A stretch of 64,000 bases of DNA from an uncultured Candidatus Rokubacteria bacterium (GTDB lineage: Bacteria > Methylomirabilota > Methylomirabilia > Rokubacteriales > CSP1-6): NCBI GenBank assembly GCA_963771355.1, contig CAVYTA010000005.1, forward strand, positions 544,001 to 608,000. The letters run 5' to 3'. The notes under the pieces were generated by a model that saw only the letters and a list, made by a program, of their open reading frames with translations, was not told where the DNA came from and ran no database searches. Shown piece after piece: positions 27,595 to 37,718 of this stretch. Every line of letters starts with the position of its first letter. The stretch's first letter is position 1. The position numbers were made by a program, and so were the translations under genes.

Positions 27595-30306
27595 TCATCC
27601 CTTCCGCGTCACCGCGCGCACCGCCTCGACGAGCTTCTCGAGCGTGGCCGGCTGGGCGCCCCGGAGGTGAACCCGCGCCACGCGGCGGCCGGCCTCGGCC
27701 AGGGCCTGGAGATCACCCAGGGCCTGGGCCGCCTTCAGCGTCCCGAAACCGTACCCGGGCCCCGGGATGATGAGCTCCTCCGCGTCGTCGATGGTGAGCT
27801 GCAGGAAGAGCCCGTTCGGCTTCCCGCCCTTGTGGAGCTGGCCGGTGGAGTGGAGGTAGCGCGGGCCATACGCCACCGTGGTGGCGACGCGGAACCGGTC
27901 GCGCAGGAGGACGCGAATCTCCTTCAGGCGCTCCCCCGCGTCCGGGGTCGGCGTGAGGTAGGCCTGGATGGCGAGGTAGTCCCCCGGCTGCGCCTGGGTG
28001 AAATGAGCGCCCAGCCCCTCGGCGAAGGAGTCGGGCTTGTCCTCCCCGCCGGTCATGAGCGCGAGTCCGCCTTCCTCGGCCACCACCTTCCACTCGGGGA
28101 GCCGGTGCGTCTTGCGCCAGCGCTCCAGGAGCTCGCCGGTCTTCTCCTTGGCCGAGGCGACATTGGGCTCGTCGAAGGGATTGACCGCGAACAGCGCTCC
28201 CGTCGCGGCGGTCGCGATCTCCCAGCGGACGAACTCGCCGCCGAGCTCGAGCACATCGTTGAGCTCGAGGCGTATCACCGGGTGCCCCTCCGCGGCGAGC
28301 TGGCTCAGCGCGGCGTCGTGCGCGCTGTCGCCCTTGAGGAGGACGGCCACGAAGAGGCGGTCATCGCCGTACACCGGGGGCGCCCCGAGCGGTTCCGCGT
28401 CCACCGGCACCAGCCCCTTGCCGTCCTTGCCCAGCGACTCGGCGAGGAGCTGCTCGATCCAGGATCCGAACGAGCGGAGCTTGTCCGAGAAGACGAGGGT
28501 GACCTTGTCGCGGCCGGCGCCCGCGAAGGCCGCCAGCGCCGCGCCGAGGCGGAGGCCGGGATTCTCGGCCGGGGGCACCTCGCGACCGCACGCGTCCAGC
28601 ATGTTCTCGGCGCGCTCGAGGAGGCTCTTGACGTCCACCCCGATGAGCGCCGCCGGCACCAGCCCGAAGAAGGAGAGCGCGGAATAACGCCCGCCGATGG
28701 TGGCGGGGTTGAGGAAGGTGCGCCGGAACCCCTCCTCCGCCGCGAGCTTCTCCAGCGGCGTCCCCGGGTCGGTGATGGCCACGAACTGCATGCCGGGCTT
28801 GGGGGGCCGTCCGCCTTCGACCTGAGCGCGGAAGAAGGCGTACAGCGAGGTCGTCTCGAGGGTGGTGCCGGACTTGGTGGCGACGACGAACAGCGTCTTG
28901 GGGAGATTGATCCGCTCGAGCACGCGCTTCACCATGCCGGGGTCGGTGGAGTCGAGCATGAGGGGATCGGGGAAGCCCATCTTGGAGCCGAAGGTGAGGT
29001 TGAAGACCTCGGGCGCGAGGGACGAGCCGCCCATGCCCAGGAGCACCACGTGCGTGTGCTGGAGACGCCGGATCTCGTTCGCGAAGCCCCGGAGATCCTC
29101 GGCCGTCTCGCGCATGACGGTGGGCACGGTGAGCCAGCCGAGGCGATTGCCGATCTCGTCGGCGTCGCCCGGCCAGAGCGTCGCGTCCTTGGTCCAGAGG
29201 CGGCCCGCGAAGTCCTGCTGCTCGAGCGTCTCGAGCGCGCCGGCCACCGCCGGATGCCGGAGCGCATTCGGGGGGAGCGGTATCGCGGGAGGCGCGGGCT
29301 CGGGCGCCGGCGCGGGCCCGGAGCTCTTCGACGCGCGCGGGGGCTGGGCCGGCTCGGCGCTCCGGCTCTTCTCGGCGCTCGCGGCGGCCGGCTCCTTCGG
29401 CTTGCTTCCTCCCGTCGCCCCCGCGGGCGGCTCGGCCTGGCGACCGCGAGATCTCGGCGTCTCCCTGGGCTGCAGCGCATCGTCGTCGAGCGAGATCACG
29501 CCCTCGCGGCGGACGGGCTCGTCGTCGTCGTCCTTGCCCCCCGTGGCCTGGCGAATCAGCTCGGCCGCGGCGGTGGCGAGGGGATCGGCGGGGCGCGGCC
29601 CGCGCTCTTCCACCCGAGGCCGCGGCGGAATGGGCGGAGGCGCAGGACGCGCGGGCGGGGCCGGCCGCGGTGCCGCGGGTGCCGCCGGGCCCACGGGTGC
29701 GACGGCTGGCGACGGTACCGGCGGCCGCGCGACAGCCGGCGGCGCCTTGGCCTCTGACGCGAGCGCCGCGCGGGTCGGCGCGGGCGCCGGTGTCACCGGC
29801 CGCGGTGGCGCCGGCGCCGTCATCGGCCGCGGCGCTGCGGGTTGTGCCTTGTCGGGGGCGGGCAGGCCGCCCTCGAGCTGGGTGATCTTGGCCACCCGCC
29901 GAGCGTGTCGCTCCTCGCCGGAGAAACGCGCCTCGAGCCACCCGCGCGTCACCTCGACCGCGGTGGTCTCGTCCAGCACCCGGGCCCCGAGGCAGAGCAC
30001 ATTGGCATCATCGTCCTCGCGGCTCTGCCGCGCCGTGAAGAGATCGTGACAGAGCGCGGCGCGGATGCCCCGGAGCTTGTTGGCCGCGATGGAGGCACCC
30101 ACGCCGCTGCCGCAGACGAGGATCCCCGCGTCCACGAAGCCGCGCAGCACCGCCTGGCCCACGGCCCGGGCGAAGTCCGGATAGTCCACCGGATCGGTGG
30201 AGAAGGTGCCGAGGTCGAGGATGTCGTGCCCGTCGGCCTCGAGGGCCGCGGTGATGGGGCCCTTGAGGGCGAAGCCCGCGTGGTCACAGCCGAGTGCTAG
30301 GCGCAT
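27595..30306 (-). CDS. RpiB (ribose-5-phosphate isomerase B) - Pro/Ala linker - glucose-6-phosphate isomerase fusion
   Basis: N-terminal GCDHAG, CGSGVG, RHARR (RpiB); about 200 aa low-complexity linker; C-terminal [33 protein letters not shown] (Tal-Pgi-type PGI). Confidence 0.88.
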   Translation of the reverse strand: MRLALGCDHAGFALKGPITAALEADGHDILDLGTFSTDPVDYPDFARAVGQAVLRGFVDAGILVCGSGVGASIAANKLRGIRAALCHDLFTARQSREDDDANVLCLGARVLDETTAVEVTRGWLEARFSGEERHARRVAKITQLEGGLPAPDKAQPAAPRPMTAPAPPRPVTPAPAPTRAALASEAKAPPAVARPPVPSPAVAPVGPAAPAAPRPAPPARPAPPPIPPRPRVEERGPRPADPLATAAAELIRQATGGKDDDDEPVRREGVISLDDDALQPRETPRSRGRQAEPPAGATGGSKPKEPAAASAEKSRSAEPAQPPRASKSSGPAPAPEPAPPAIPLPPNALRHPAVAGALETLEQQDFAGRLWTKDATLWPGDADEIGNRLGWLTVPTVMRETAEDLRGFANEIRRLQHTHVVLLGMGGSSLAPEVFNLTFGSKMGFPDPLMLDSTDPGMVKRVLERINLPKTLFVVATKSGTTLETTSLYAFFRAQVEGGRPPKPGMQFVAITDPGTPLEKLAAEEGFRRTFLNPATIGGRYSALSFFGLVPAALIGVDVKSLLERAENMLDACGREVPPAENPGLRLGAALAAFAGAGRDKVTLVFSDKLRSFGSWIEQLLAESLGKDGKGLVPVDAEPLGAPPVYGDDRLFVAVLLKGDSAHDAALSQLAAEGHPVIRLELNDVLELGGEFVRWEIATAATGALFAVNPFDEPNVASAKEKTGELLERWRKTHRLPEWKVVAEEGGLALMTGGEDKPDSFAEGLGAHFTQAQPGDYLAIQAYLTPTPDAGERLKEIRVLLRDRFRVATTVAYGPRYLHSTGQLHKGGKPNGLFLQLTIDDAEELIIPGPGYGFGTLKAAQALGDLQALAEAGRRVARVHLRGAQPATLEKLVEAVRAVTRKG

Positions 30307-30339
30307 GGACTCACCATATCTCCGGTCGGACCCATTCTC

Positions 30340-31794
30340 TCAGGAGTGTGGAGGCCCCACAACGTTGTCGTAGAGGCGCTGCTGGCGTTCCCGGGCCGCC
30401 CGAAAGGCCGCGTGCCGTCCGCGGTCCGGGGCGATGATGCGGCCGCGCGAGACCGGAGGCGGGACCGGTGCCCCGATCGCGGCCAGGGTTCGGAGGGCGG
30501 CGCCGCGGCTCGAGGCCTCCGCCTCGGCGGACACCGTCAAGGGCCGGCCGAAGGCGTCGGCAAGCATTCGCGTCCAGGCGGGCGAGTGCCGCAGGGCGCC
30601 GCCCGAGGCGATCACGTCATGCCCCGCGTCGGCGAGCGGCGCCAGACGCTCGTAGACCAGGGAGAGGCGCAGCGCCACCGCCTCGAGCAAGGCGGCCACC
30701 ACGTCGACCGCGTCCGTGGCCAGCGAGAGGCCGGTGATGGCCGCACGCGCGTCGTCGCGCCAGCCCGGACTTCGCTCGCCGGCGAGGAAGGGAAGCGCGG
30801 TGAGACCGTGCGAGTCGGGCGTCCGCTGCGCCAGCGCGTCCTCGAGCGCGGTCTCGCCGGGCAGGGTCAGCCGATCCCGGCACCAGGCGAGCACATTGCC
30901 GCCCTCCGAGGTGGCGCCGCCCACGAGCGAACGGGTGGCGTCTATCCGATAACGCCAGAGGCCCATCGGCACCGCCGCGACTCTTGGCAGGACAACGCGC
31001 AGGGCGGCGGACGTGCCGACGTTCAGCGCGACGTGCTCGGGCCCCGCGCAGTCCGAGCCCAGGTTCGAGCAGCCGCCGTCGCCCCAGCCGGGAAACCAGG
31101 GCACCCTGGCCAGCGCCGGCCAGCGCGCGGCCCACTCGCCCACGAGCCCGCGCGCGGGAGCATCGACGATGGTGGGGAGCCGCTCCGGCCCGATCGCGCA
31201 CTCGGCCAGCAGGGGCGCATCCCACGCCAGCGCCTCCTGGTCGAGGAGCCCGGTGCCCGATGCCATCGAGATGCTCGCCTGGAGCGTGCCGGTGAGCCGC
31301 GCGAGGAGATACTCGGCGAAGCCGCACCACGTGGCCGCGCGCGCGAAGACGTCGGGCCGGCTCGCGCGGAGCCAGGCCAGCCGCGCGGGGTAGAACGCCG
31401 CGTGCAGCGGGGCGCCGGTGCGCGCGTGGGTGGCGCGCGCGTCGAGCCGGCCGCGCAGGGCCGCCGCGGCGGCCGCGCTCCGCGTGTCGGCCCAGGTGAA
31501 CAGCGGGGTGAGGGGGCGGCGCTCACCGTCGAGCGCGAGCAGGCTGTGCCAGAAGACGGAGGCGCCCACGCCCGCGATCTCGCCGGCGCGCGCGCCCGCA
31601 CCGGCCAGGCAGCCGTCCACTGCAGAGGCCACCGCCTCCACGAGGGCGTCGGCGTCGAACTCGACGGTGCCGTCGGGCGCGGTGCGCGGCGCGAAGGACA
31701 CGCGGCCCTCGGCACCGGGCAGGGGGCGCGCGGCGGCATCGAAGCATGCCGCGCGTGCCGAGCTGGTCCCGACGTCCAGCGCCATCACGAGCAT
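30340..31794 (-). CDS. gntK: Gluconokinase (FGGY family)
   Basis: DVGTSSAR, TWADTRS, ASGTGL, LNVGTSAALR and PFLAGERSPGW motifs; upstream of pgi/zwf. Confidence 0.85.
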   Translation of the reverse strand: MLVMALDVGTSSARAACFDAAARPLPGAEGRVSFAPRTAPDGTVEFDADALVEAVASAVDGCLAGAGARAGEIAGVGASVFWHSLLALDGERRPLTPLFTWADTRSAAAAAALRGRLDARATHARTGAPLHAAFYPARLAWLRASRPDVFARAATWCGFAEYLLARLTGTLQASISMASGTGLLDQEALAWDAPLLAECAIGPERLPTIVDAPARGLVGEWAARWPALARVPWFPGWGDGGCSNLGSDCAGPEHVALNVGTSAALRVVLPRVAAVPMGLWRYRIDATRSLVGGATSEGGNVLAWCRDRLTLPGETALEDALAQRTPDSHGLTALPFLAGERSPGWRDDARAAITGLSLATDAVDVVAALLEAVALRLSLVYERLAPLADAGHDVIASGGALRHSPAWTRMLADAFGRPLTVSAEAEASSRGAALRTLAAIGAPVPPPVSRGRIIAPDRGRHAAFRAARERQQRLYDNVVGPPHS

Positions 31795-31839
31795 CGTTGG
31801 GGTATATTCATACACACAAACGCCAACGAGGAGACGGCC

Positions 31840-32370
31840 ATGACCAGGATCCGGGTATTGAGTCCGCAGGGAGAGTCGCGCACGGTCACCCATGCGGTGC
31901 CGTCGCTGCCGCAATCCTTCCGCGGGCTCACGGTGGGATTTCTCGACAACAAGAAGCACAACTTCGACCGGCTCGTGCTCGAGATGGGCGAGCTCATGGT
32001 CGCCCGCTGGGGCGTCGCCCGCGTGGTGCACCGGCAGAAGGCCAACGCCGCCACCCCCGCCGCGCCCGAGATCGTGGAGGCGCTGGCGAAGGAGTGCGAC
32101 GTCGTCTTCGCCGGCTCCGCCGACTGAGGGTCCTGCACGTCGTGGAGTCTCCACGACACGCTGGAAGTGGCCAGGGCGGGCACGCCCGCCGGTCTCATCT
32201 CGACCACGGTGTTCCAGAAGCTCGCGCTCTCGGAGATGGCGGCCCTCGGCGCCACCGCCCTGCCGCTGCTGGTGGTCCAGCATCCGCTCGGTGGTGAGAA
32301 GCCGGAAGGCGTGAGTCGCCGCGCCGCGCAGGCGGTGGAGCAGCTGGCGAGCCTCCTGGGCCCGCAGTGA
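31840..32370 (+). CDS. UGSC-family selenoprotein (Sec at codon 96, TGA 32125-32127)
   Basis: SD GAGGAG plus ATG 31840; the frame continues through TGA as SAD-U-GSCTSWSLHD into ORF 32167..32370; hairpin immediately downstream. Confidence 0.85.
32139..32157 (+). promoter_or_regulatory. Candidate bacterial SECIS element
   Basis: Perfect 8-bp stem GTCGTGGA/TCCACGAC with a GTC loop; the loop G lies 19 nt after the UGA. Confidence 0.75.
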
Positions 32371-33428
32371 GTGCGCTCGCGGCGGACCCGCGGGAGCTCG
32401 AGCTCGCCGAGGACGAGGTCTACGAGGAATTCGTCAAGCGCGGCTGGTGCGATGGGCTGCCCATCGTGCCGCCCACCCCGGAGCGGGTGGGCGCGATGCT
32501 GGCCGCGGCCAAGGCCGATCCCGGGCGCTCGCTGGGGCTGATGCCGCCGCTCTGGCGCGAGTGCACGCTCGAGAAGCTCGCCGTCAACGCGGTGATGGCG
32601 GGATGCGAGCCGGCCTACTTCCCCTTCGTCGTGGCCGCCGCGCAGGCCGTGCTCGATCCCGCCTTCAACCTCTACGGCGTGCAGGCGACCACGCATCCGG
32701 TCGCGCCGCTCCTCATCGCGAGCGGTCCCCTCGCGCGGCAGATCGGGATGCACTCGGGCTCCGGCCTCTTCGGTCCCGGCTTCCGGGCCAATGCCACCAT
32801 CGGCCGCGCCATCCGCCTCGTCCTCATGAACGTGGGCGGGGGATGGCCGGGACGGCATGACATGGCCACTCAGGGCAGCCCGGCGAAGTATTCCTTCGCC
32901 ATCGGCGAGATCGAGGAGGGCAGTCCCTGGGAACCGCTTCACGTGGCGCTCGGGTTCTCCCCCGAGCAGAGCGTGGTCACCATGTTCGGCGGCGAGCCGC
33001 CCCACAACGTGAACGATCACGTGGGGACCACCGCCGCCGGCATCCTCAACAACGTGGCGTCGGTGGCCACATCGCTCGGCTCCAATGTCGGCTGGTACAT
33101 GTCGCAGAGCCAGCTCCTGGTGGTGCTCGGCCCCGAGCATGCCGCGACCATCGCCGCCGATGGCTTCACGCGCGCCGACGTCCAGCGCTTCGTCTTCGAG
33201 CATGCCCGGCTGCCGCTGGGCCGGCTCAAGCTGGGCGGCATGTGGGGCATCCACGACTGGCCGCTCTGGATGCACAAGGTCACCGACGAGGCGGCGCTGC
33301 TCCCGCGGGTCCCCTCGGCGGACGACGTGCTGGTCATGGTGGGCGGCGGGCCGGGCAAGCACTCCGCGGTGGTGCCCAACTGCACCTTCAGCCGCGCAGT
33401 GTCGCGCGTGGTGGATCGCGCCGGCTAG
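32367..33428 (+). CDS. Uncharacterised conserved protein of the type found next to UGSC proteins
   Basis: GWCDGLPIVPPTPERV, AVNAVMAGC and GPGFRANATIGRA motifs; GTGA overlap with the selenoprotein stop. Confidence 0.8.
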   Translation: MSALAADPRELELAEDEVYEEFVKRGWCDGLPIVPPTPERVGAMLAAAKADPGRSLGLMPPLWRECTLEKLAVNAVMAGCEPAYFPFVVAAAQAVLDPAFNLYGVQATTHPVAPLLIASGPLARQIGMHSGSGLFGPGFRANATIGRAIRLVLMNVGGGWPGRHDMATQGSPAKYSFAIGEIEEGSPWEPLHVALGFSPEQSVVTMFGGEPPHNVNDHVGTTAAGILNNVASVATSLGSNVGWYMSQSQLLVVLGPEHAATIAADGFTRADVQRFVFEHARLPLGRLKLGGMWGIHDWPLWMHKVTDEAALLPRVPSADDVLVMVGGGPGKHSAVVPNCTFSRAVSRVVDRAG

Positions 33429-33451
33429 CCGCCGGCCGGAGGGAGCCCGCA

Positions 33452-35908
33452 CTGCGCGAGCGCATCCTCTGCTGGACCCTCATCGGGCTGGCGCTCGCCG
33501 TGAGCGTGGTGGCCACGATGGACGCACGGCGCCGGGTGGGCATGACCTATCCGGGCTTCGCCGTGATGGACCAGCTCCTGGTGGCTCCCGGCGGTGCCGA
33601 GAAGGGGGGGCTGGCGCCCTTCGACCTCATCCGCGCCGTCAACGGTCAGCTCGTCACGCGCGGCCACGAGCTTCAAGCCGAGGTTCGCCGGCATCCTGTC
33701 GGCACCCGCTTCCACTACCTGGTGAGCCGGCGGGGGACCCTGCTGGAGGCGGAGATCCCCAGCCGCGCGATCAGCCTGGGGGACTTCAAGCGGTACGTGA
33801 CCGACGGACTCCTTCCCTCTCTCCTCTATCTGGGCCTCGCCGCGGTCGTGCTCGCGCTGAAACCGGGCGTGCCCGAGACGCGCGTCTTCCTCTTCTTCTC
33901 GCTGACGTGGTTCTGCACCGCCGCGCTGTTCCCCGACTCGTGGACGACCTATCGCTTCAGCGCGCTCTTCCTCACCGCGTGGGCCTTCGCGCCGGCCGCC
34001 TACCTCCACATCGCGCTCCGCTTCCCGCGGCCGCGGCGCATCTTGTTCGTCCGGCCCTGGCTCCTGTGGATCGCCTACCTCACCTCGGCGGTGCTGGCGC
34101 TGGCCATCCAGCTGCCGATGAGGAAGATGCCCGCGGCCTGGACCTTCGTCGTGCCGGCGGTGGCGGCCACCTACTGGGCCCTGGCCTTCATCGTCCTGGT
34201 CGCCAGCCTCATCCAGTCGGCGCTATGGGGCGCGACCCCGCTGATGCGGCAGCGCGCCAAGGTGCTCACCGCCGGCTTCGTGGCCGGCCCTCTCCTGCCC
34301 GTGATCGGCACCGCGGTGGAAGCGGTGACGGGGGCGGTGGTGCCGTATCTCGAGCAGATCTGGCGGCTCAACGTCCTCTTCCCCGCCACCGTCGCCTACG
34401 GGATGGTGCGCTACGACCTCTTCGACCTGCGCGCCGCGATCCGGACGGGGACGGTGTACGCCGCCGTCACCGGCCTCGTGGTGGTGGCCTATGCGGGCGC
34501 GATCACCCTGGTGAACGTGACCTTCGCGCGGCTCGGCATGGGCGAATCCCTGCTCTTTCCCGCGGTGGTGGTGGCGCTCGCGGTGGTGCTCTTCCTCAAT
34601 CCGGTGTACCAGCGCACCCAGGGCCTGGTGGATCGCCTCTTCTTCCGGGAGCGACTGGATATCGGGCGGACCATGGAGCAGGTGGCCGATACCATGACCA
34701 CCCTCCTCGACCTCAATCGCATCGTCCTGCTCATCACGGAGACGGTGGACGGTCTGCTCCATCCCAACGGCCACGCGCTGCTGCTCCTCGACGCGGACCG
34801 GAACGTGTATCGGCCGATGGGTGCGGACAGCGCCTCCTACCTGGCGGTGGCCGCCGACGGTCCGCTCGCGCGCGTCCTCGGGCGGCGTCCCGTTCCCCTC
34901 ACGCGCGAGCGGCTCGCGGCGGATCCCGAGTTCGCGGGGCTGAGCGAGACGGCGCTCGCCAGCCTGGATGCCATGGGCGCCACCCTGGTGGTGCCGGTGG
35001 TGTTCCGGGGGAGTGTCCGGGGCATGCTCGCGCTGGGGCCCAAGCGGGCGGGCACCGCCTACACCACCGAGGACCTCCGGCTCGCCCGCCACCTCGTCAA
35101 CCAGAGCGCGGTGGCGCTGGAGAACGCGCGCGCCTACACCGCGCTGGAGGTCGCGCACACCGAGCTCCAGTCCGCGCTTCGCCGCGTGCAGATCCTGGAG
35201 TCCATCCGGACCAACCTCGCCAAGTTCGTTCCGCGCACCGTCCAGGATCTCATCGAGGAGGCGCCGGAGGCGCCCGCGTTCGAGAAGCGCGAGGTGGACG
35301 TCACCGTGCTCTTCGTGGACATCGCCGGGTACACGCGGCTCAGCGAGCGCTTCGACGTGGCGCGCGTGAACGAGCTCGTCGAGCGCTACTTCGGCGCGTT
35401 CCTCGACGAGATCCTCGGGCAGGGGGGCGACGTCAACGAGACGGCGGGCGACGGGCTCATGGTGATCTTCCGCGGACCCGACCCGCGCGATCACGCCCGC
35501 GCGGCGGTGCTCGCCGCGCAGGGCGTGCTGCGGCGGGCGCACGCGATCAACGCGGAGCTCACCGAGCTCAGCGAGCCCATCCGCCTGCACGTGGGAGTGA
35601 ACTCGGGCACGGCGGGGGTGGGCGCCACCAAGATCGAAGGCAGCGCGGGCACGCGCTGGACCTACACCGCCTCCGGCGCGGTGACCAATCTCGCCGCGCG
35701 GCTGGCGGCGCTGAGCGAGGGCGACGCGGTGGTGGTGGGCAGCGAGACCGCGGGGCGGCTCGGCCCGGAGATGGAGCTCGAGGACTGGGGCGAGCGGCAG
35801 TTCCGCAACGTCGAAGAGTCGGTGCGCGTGTTCCGTCTGCTGGTGCCGATCCTGTCCGCACCGTCACTGGACGGGTCGGCTCCCCGGGTTGACGATGGGC
35901 GCGGCTAG
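33452..35908 (+). CDS. Membrane PDZ-GAF-class III nucleotide cyclase, probable CTG start
   Basis: PDZ-like GLAPFDLIRAVNG, several TMs, a GAF domain, then FVDIAGYT, ETAGDG and TNLAARL. Confidence 0.88.
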   Translation: MRERILCWTLIGLALAVSVVATMDARRRVGMTYPGFAVMDQLLVAPGGAEKGGLAPFDLIRAVNGQLVTRGHELQAEVRRHPVGTRFHYLVSRRGTLLEAEIPSRAISLGDFKRYVTDGLLPSLLYLGLAAVVLALKPGVPETRVFLFFSLTWFCTAALFPDSWTTYRFSALFLTAWAFAPAAYLHIALRFPRPRRILFVRPWLLWIAYLTSAVLALAIQLPMRKMPAAWTFVVPAVAATYWALAFIVLVASLIQSALWGATPLMRQRAKVLTAGFVAGPLLPVIGTAVEAVTGAVVPYLEQIWRLNVLFPATVAYGMVRYDLFDLRAAIRTGTVYAAVTGLVVVAYAGAITLVNVTFARLGMGESLLFPAVVVALAVVLFLNPVYQRTQGLVDRLFFRERLDIGRTMEQVADTMTTLLDLNRIVLLITETVDGLLHPNGHALLLLDADRNVYRPMGADSASYLAVAADGPLARVLGRRPVPLTRERLAADPEFAGLSETALASLDAMGATLVVPVVFRGSVRGMLALGPKRAGTAYTTEDLRLARHLVNQSAVALENARAYTALEVAHTELQSALRRVQILESIRTNLAKFVPRTVQDLIEEAPEAPAFEKREVDVTVLFVDIAGYTRLSERFDVARVNELVERYFGAFLDEILGQGGDVNETAGDGLMVIFRGPDPRDHARAAVLAAQGVLRRAHAINAELTELSEPIRLHVGVNSGTAGVGATKIEGSAGTRWTYTASGAVTNLAARLAALSEGDAVVVGSETAGRLGPEMELEDWGERQFRNVEESVRVFRLLVPILSAPSLDGSAPRVDDGRG

Positions 35909-36781
35909 CCCGCTCGGACGAGCAAGAGTAGCGCGGCGAGCAGGAGCGTGGCCCCGGCCATCCCCGCCGGCCCGAGGGATTCGCCGAACACCATCACCCC
36001 CAGCGTGGTGGCGGTGAGCGGCTCGAGGAGCGAGGCCACGCCCGCGGTGGTGGCGGGGACGCGCCGGAGCCCGGCGGTGAACAGGATGTACGCGAGCGCG
36101 GTGGGGCCGACGCCGAGGTAGACGAGCAGCGGCCACGCCGCCGCGAGGGGCCGGCTCACCGACGGCTCCGCCAGCAGCACCGGCGTGATCAGGAGCGCGG
36201 CGAGGGTGAAGGTGGCGGCGGCCAAGGGCAGGGGCGCCGCCTGCGCGAGGAGCCGCTTGGTGCCCACCGCGTAGACGGCGTAAGATAGCCCGGCGCCGAG
36301 GGCGAGCAGCGCGCCCAGGCCGGAGCGGCCCGTGACCTCGCCGGGGCCGCGCGGATCGATCACCAGCAGAGCCGTGCCCAGCACGGCCATGCCGAGCGAC
36401 AGGCGCGCGACGCGGGTGAGCCGTTCGCCGAGGAAGAGCGCGGCGAGGAGCGCGATCATCAGCGGCGCGGAGCAGATGGCGAGGAGCGCGGTGACGGCGA
36501 CGCCGGAGAGCGTCACCGCGCGTGAAGTAGCAGACCTGGTAGGCGGCCATGGCGGCGCCCGCGGCGACGAGGGCGAGGGCGTCGCCGCGCGCGGGCGCGA
36601 CGGCGGGACGCGCGCGGAAGAGCGCGGCGGCGGCGAGCAGGCACGGTGCCGCCACCGCCAGCCGCGCCCAGCCGACGAGCAGCGGGCCCGCGCCCGCGTC
36701 GCCGGCGGCGAGCGTCATGGTCGCGCCGGTGGTGCCCCACGAGATCGCGGCGAGCGCGACGAGGAGAAGCCCGATGAGCAT
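35905..36781 (-). CDS. DMT/EamA transporter; apparent frameshift near 36520
   Basis: N-terminal half (ISWGTTG...AYQVCYF) and C-terminal half (LFLGERL...LLEPLTAT) lie in different frames. Confidence 0.8.
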
Positions 36782-37718
36782 CGAGGCGACAGTATACGGG
36801 AGCGGCGCGGGCGAGCCGGTGGGCTTCATCGGGCTCGGCAACATGGGCGGGCCGATGGCGGGCCGGCTGATGGAGCATGGGTATCCGCTGGTGGTCCACG
36901 ACGCGGCGCCGGCGGCGGCGGAGCCCTTCCTCACCCGCGGCGCGAAGTGGGCGCCCACGCCGGCGGCGCTCGCCGCGCAGGTCCGCACCATCGTGACCAT
37001 CGTGCCCTCGTCGCGGGAGGTCAGAGCAGTCGTCACTGGCCACGATGGCCTTCTCGAGGGGCTGCAGGCGGGAAGCCTGCTCGTGGAGATGACCACGGCG
37101 GATCCCTCGGAGACGCGCGCGATCGCCGCGCTGGTGGCGGCGCGCGGCGCCACCCTCATCGATGCGCCGGTCTCGGGCGGCGTGCGCGGGGCCCGGGCGG
37201 GCACGCTCGCCATCATGGTGGGCGGGGAGACCGCGCTCCTGGAGCGGGCGCGGCCGATGCTGGCCGCCATGGGCGACAAGATCTTCCACGCGGGTCCGGT
37301 CGGTGCCGGGCATGCGATCAAGCTGGTGAACAATACCTGCTCGGCGGTGGCGCTGGTGATGACGGCGGAAGCGGTGGCGGTGGCCGCCAAGGCCGGCGTG
37401 GATCCCGCGCGGGCGGTGGAGATCATCCAGGCCTCCTCCGGCAAGTCGAACGCCACCGAGACCAAGTTTCCCCGTTTCATCCTCAACGGCGCCTTCGACG
37501 CCGGCTTCGCGGTGCGGCTCATGGCCAAGGACCTCGCCGGCTTCGAGCGCCTCGCCCGCGAGACGGGCGTGGACTCGAAGCTGGCCACGACCACGGCGGA
37601 GCTGTACCGGACGGCGATCGAGCGGGGCCTGGGCGAGGAAGACCACACCGCGGTGGTGCGGCTCATCGAGGAATGGACCAATACCCGGCTGCGGGCCGGA
37701 TCGGGAGGAGCGCGATGA
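36774..37718 (+). CDS. NAD(P)-dependent beta-hydroxyacid dehydrogenase
   Basis: GFIGLGNMG, DAPVSGG and KLVNN motifs; start is ATG 36774 or GTG 36819. Confidence 0.88.
   Translation: MSIEATVYGSGAGEPVGFIGLGNMGGPMAGRLMEHGYPLVVHDAAPAAAEPFLTRGAKWAPTPAALAAQVRTIVTIVPSSREVRAVVTGHDGLLEGLQAGSLLVEMTTADPSETRAIAALVAARGATLIDAPVSGGVRGARAGTLAIMVGGETALLERARPMLAAMGDKIFHAGPVGAGHAIKLVNNTCSAVALVMTAEAVAVAAKAGVDPARAVEIIQASSGKSNATETKFPRFILNGAFDAGFAVRLMAKDLAGFERLARETGVDSKLATTTAELYRTAIERGLGEEDHTAVVRLIEEWTNTRLRAGSGGAR

Noticed and set aside
32167..32370. Separate 67-aa gene
   Set aside because: In frame with the upstream ORF across a TGA that has a UxxC context and hairpin; better explained as the C-terminal half of a selenoprotein
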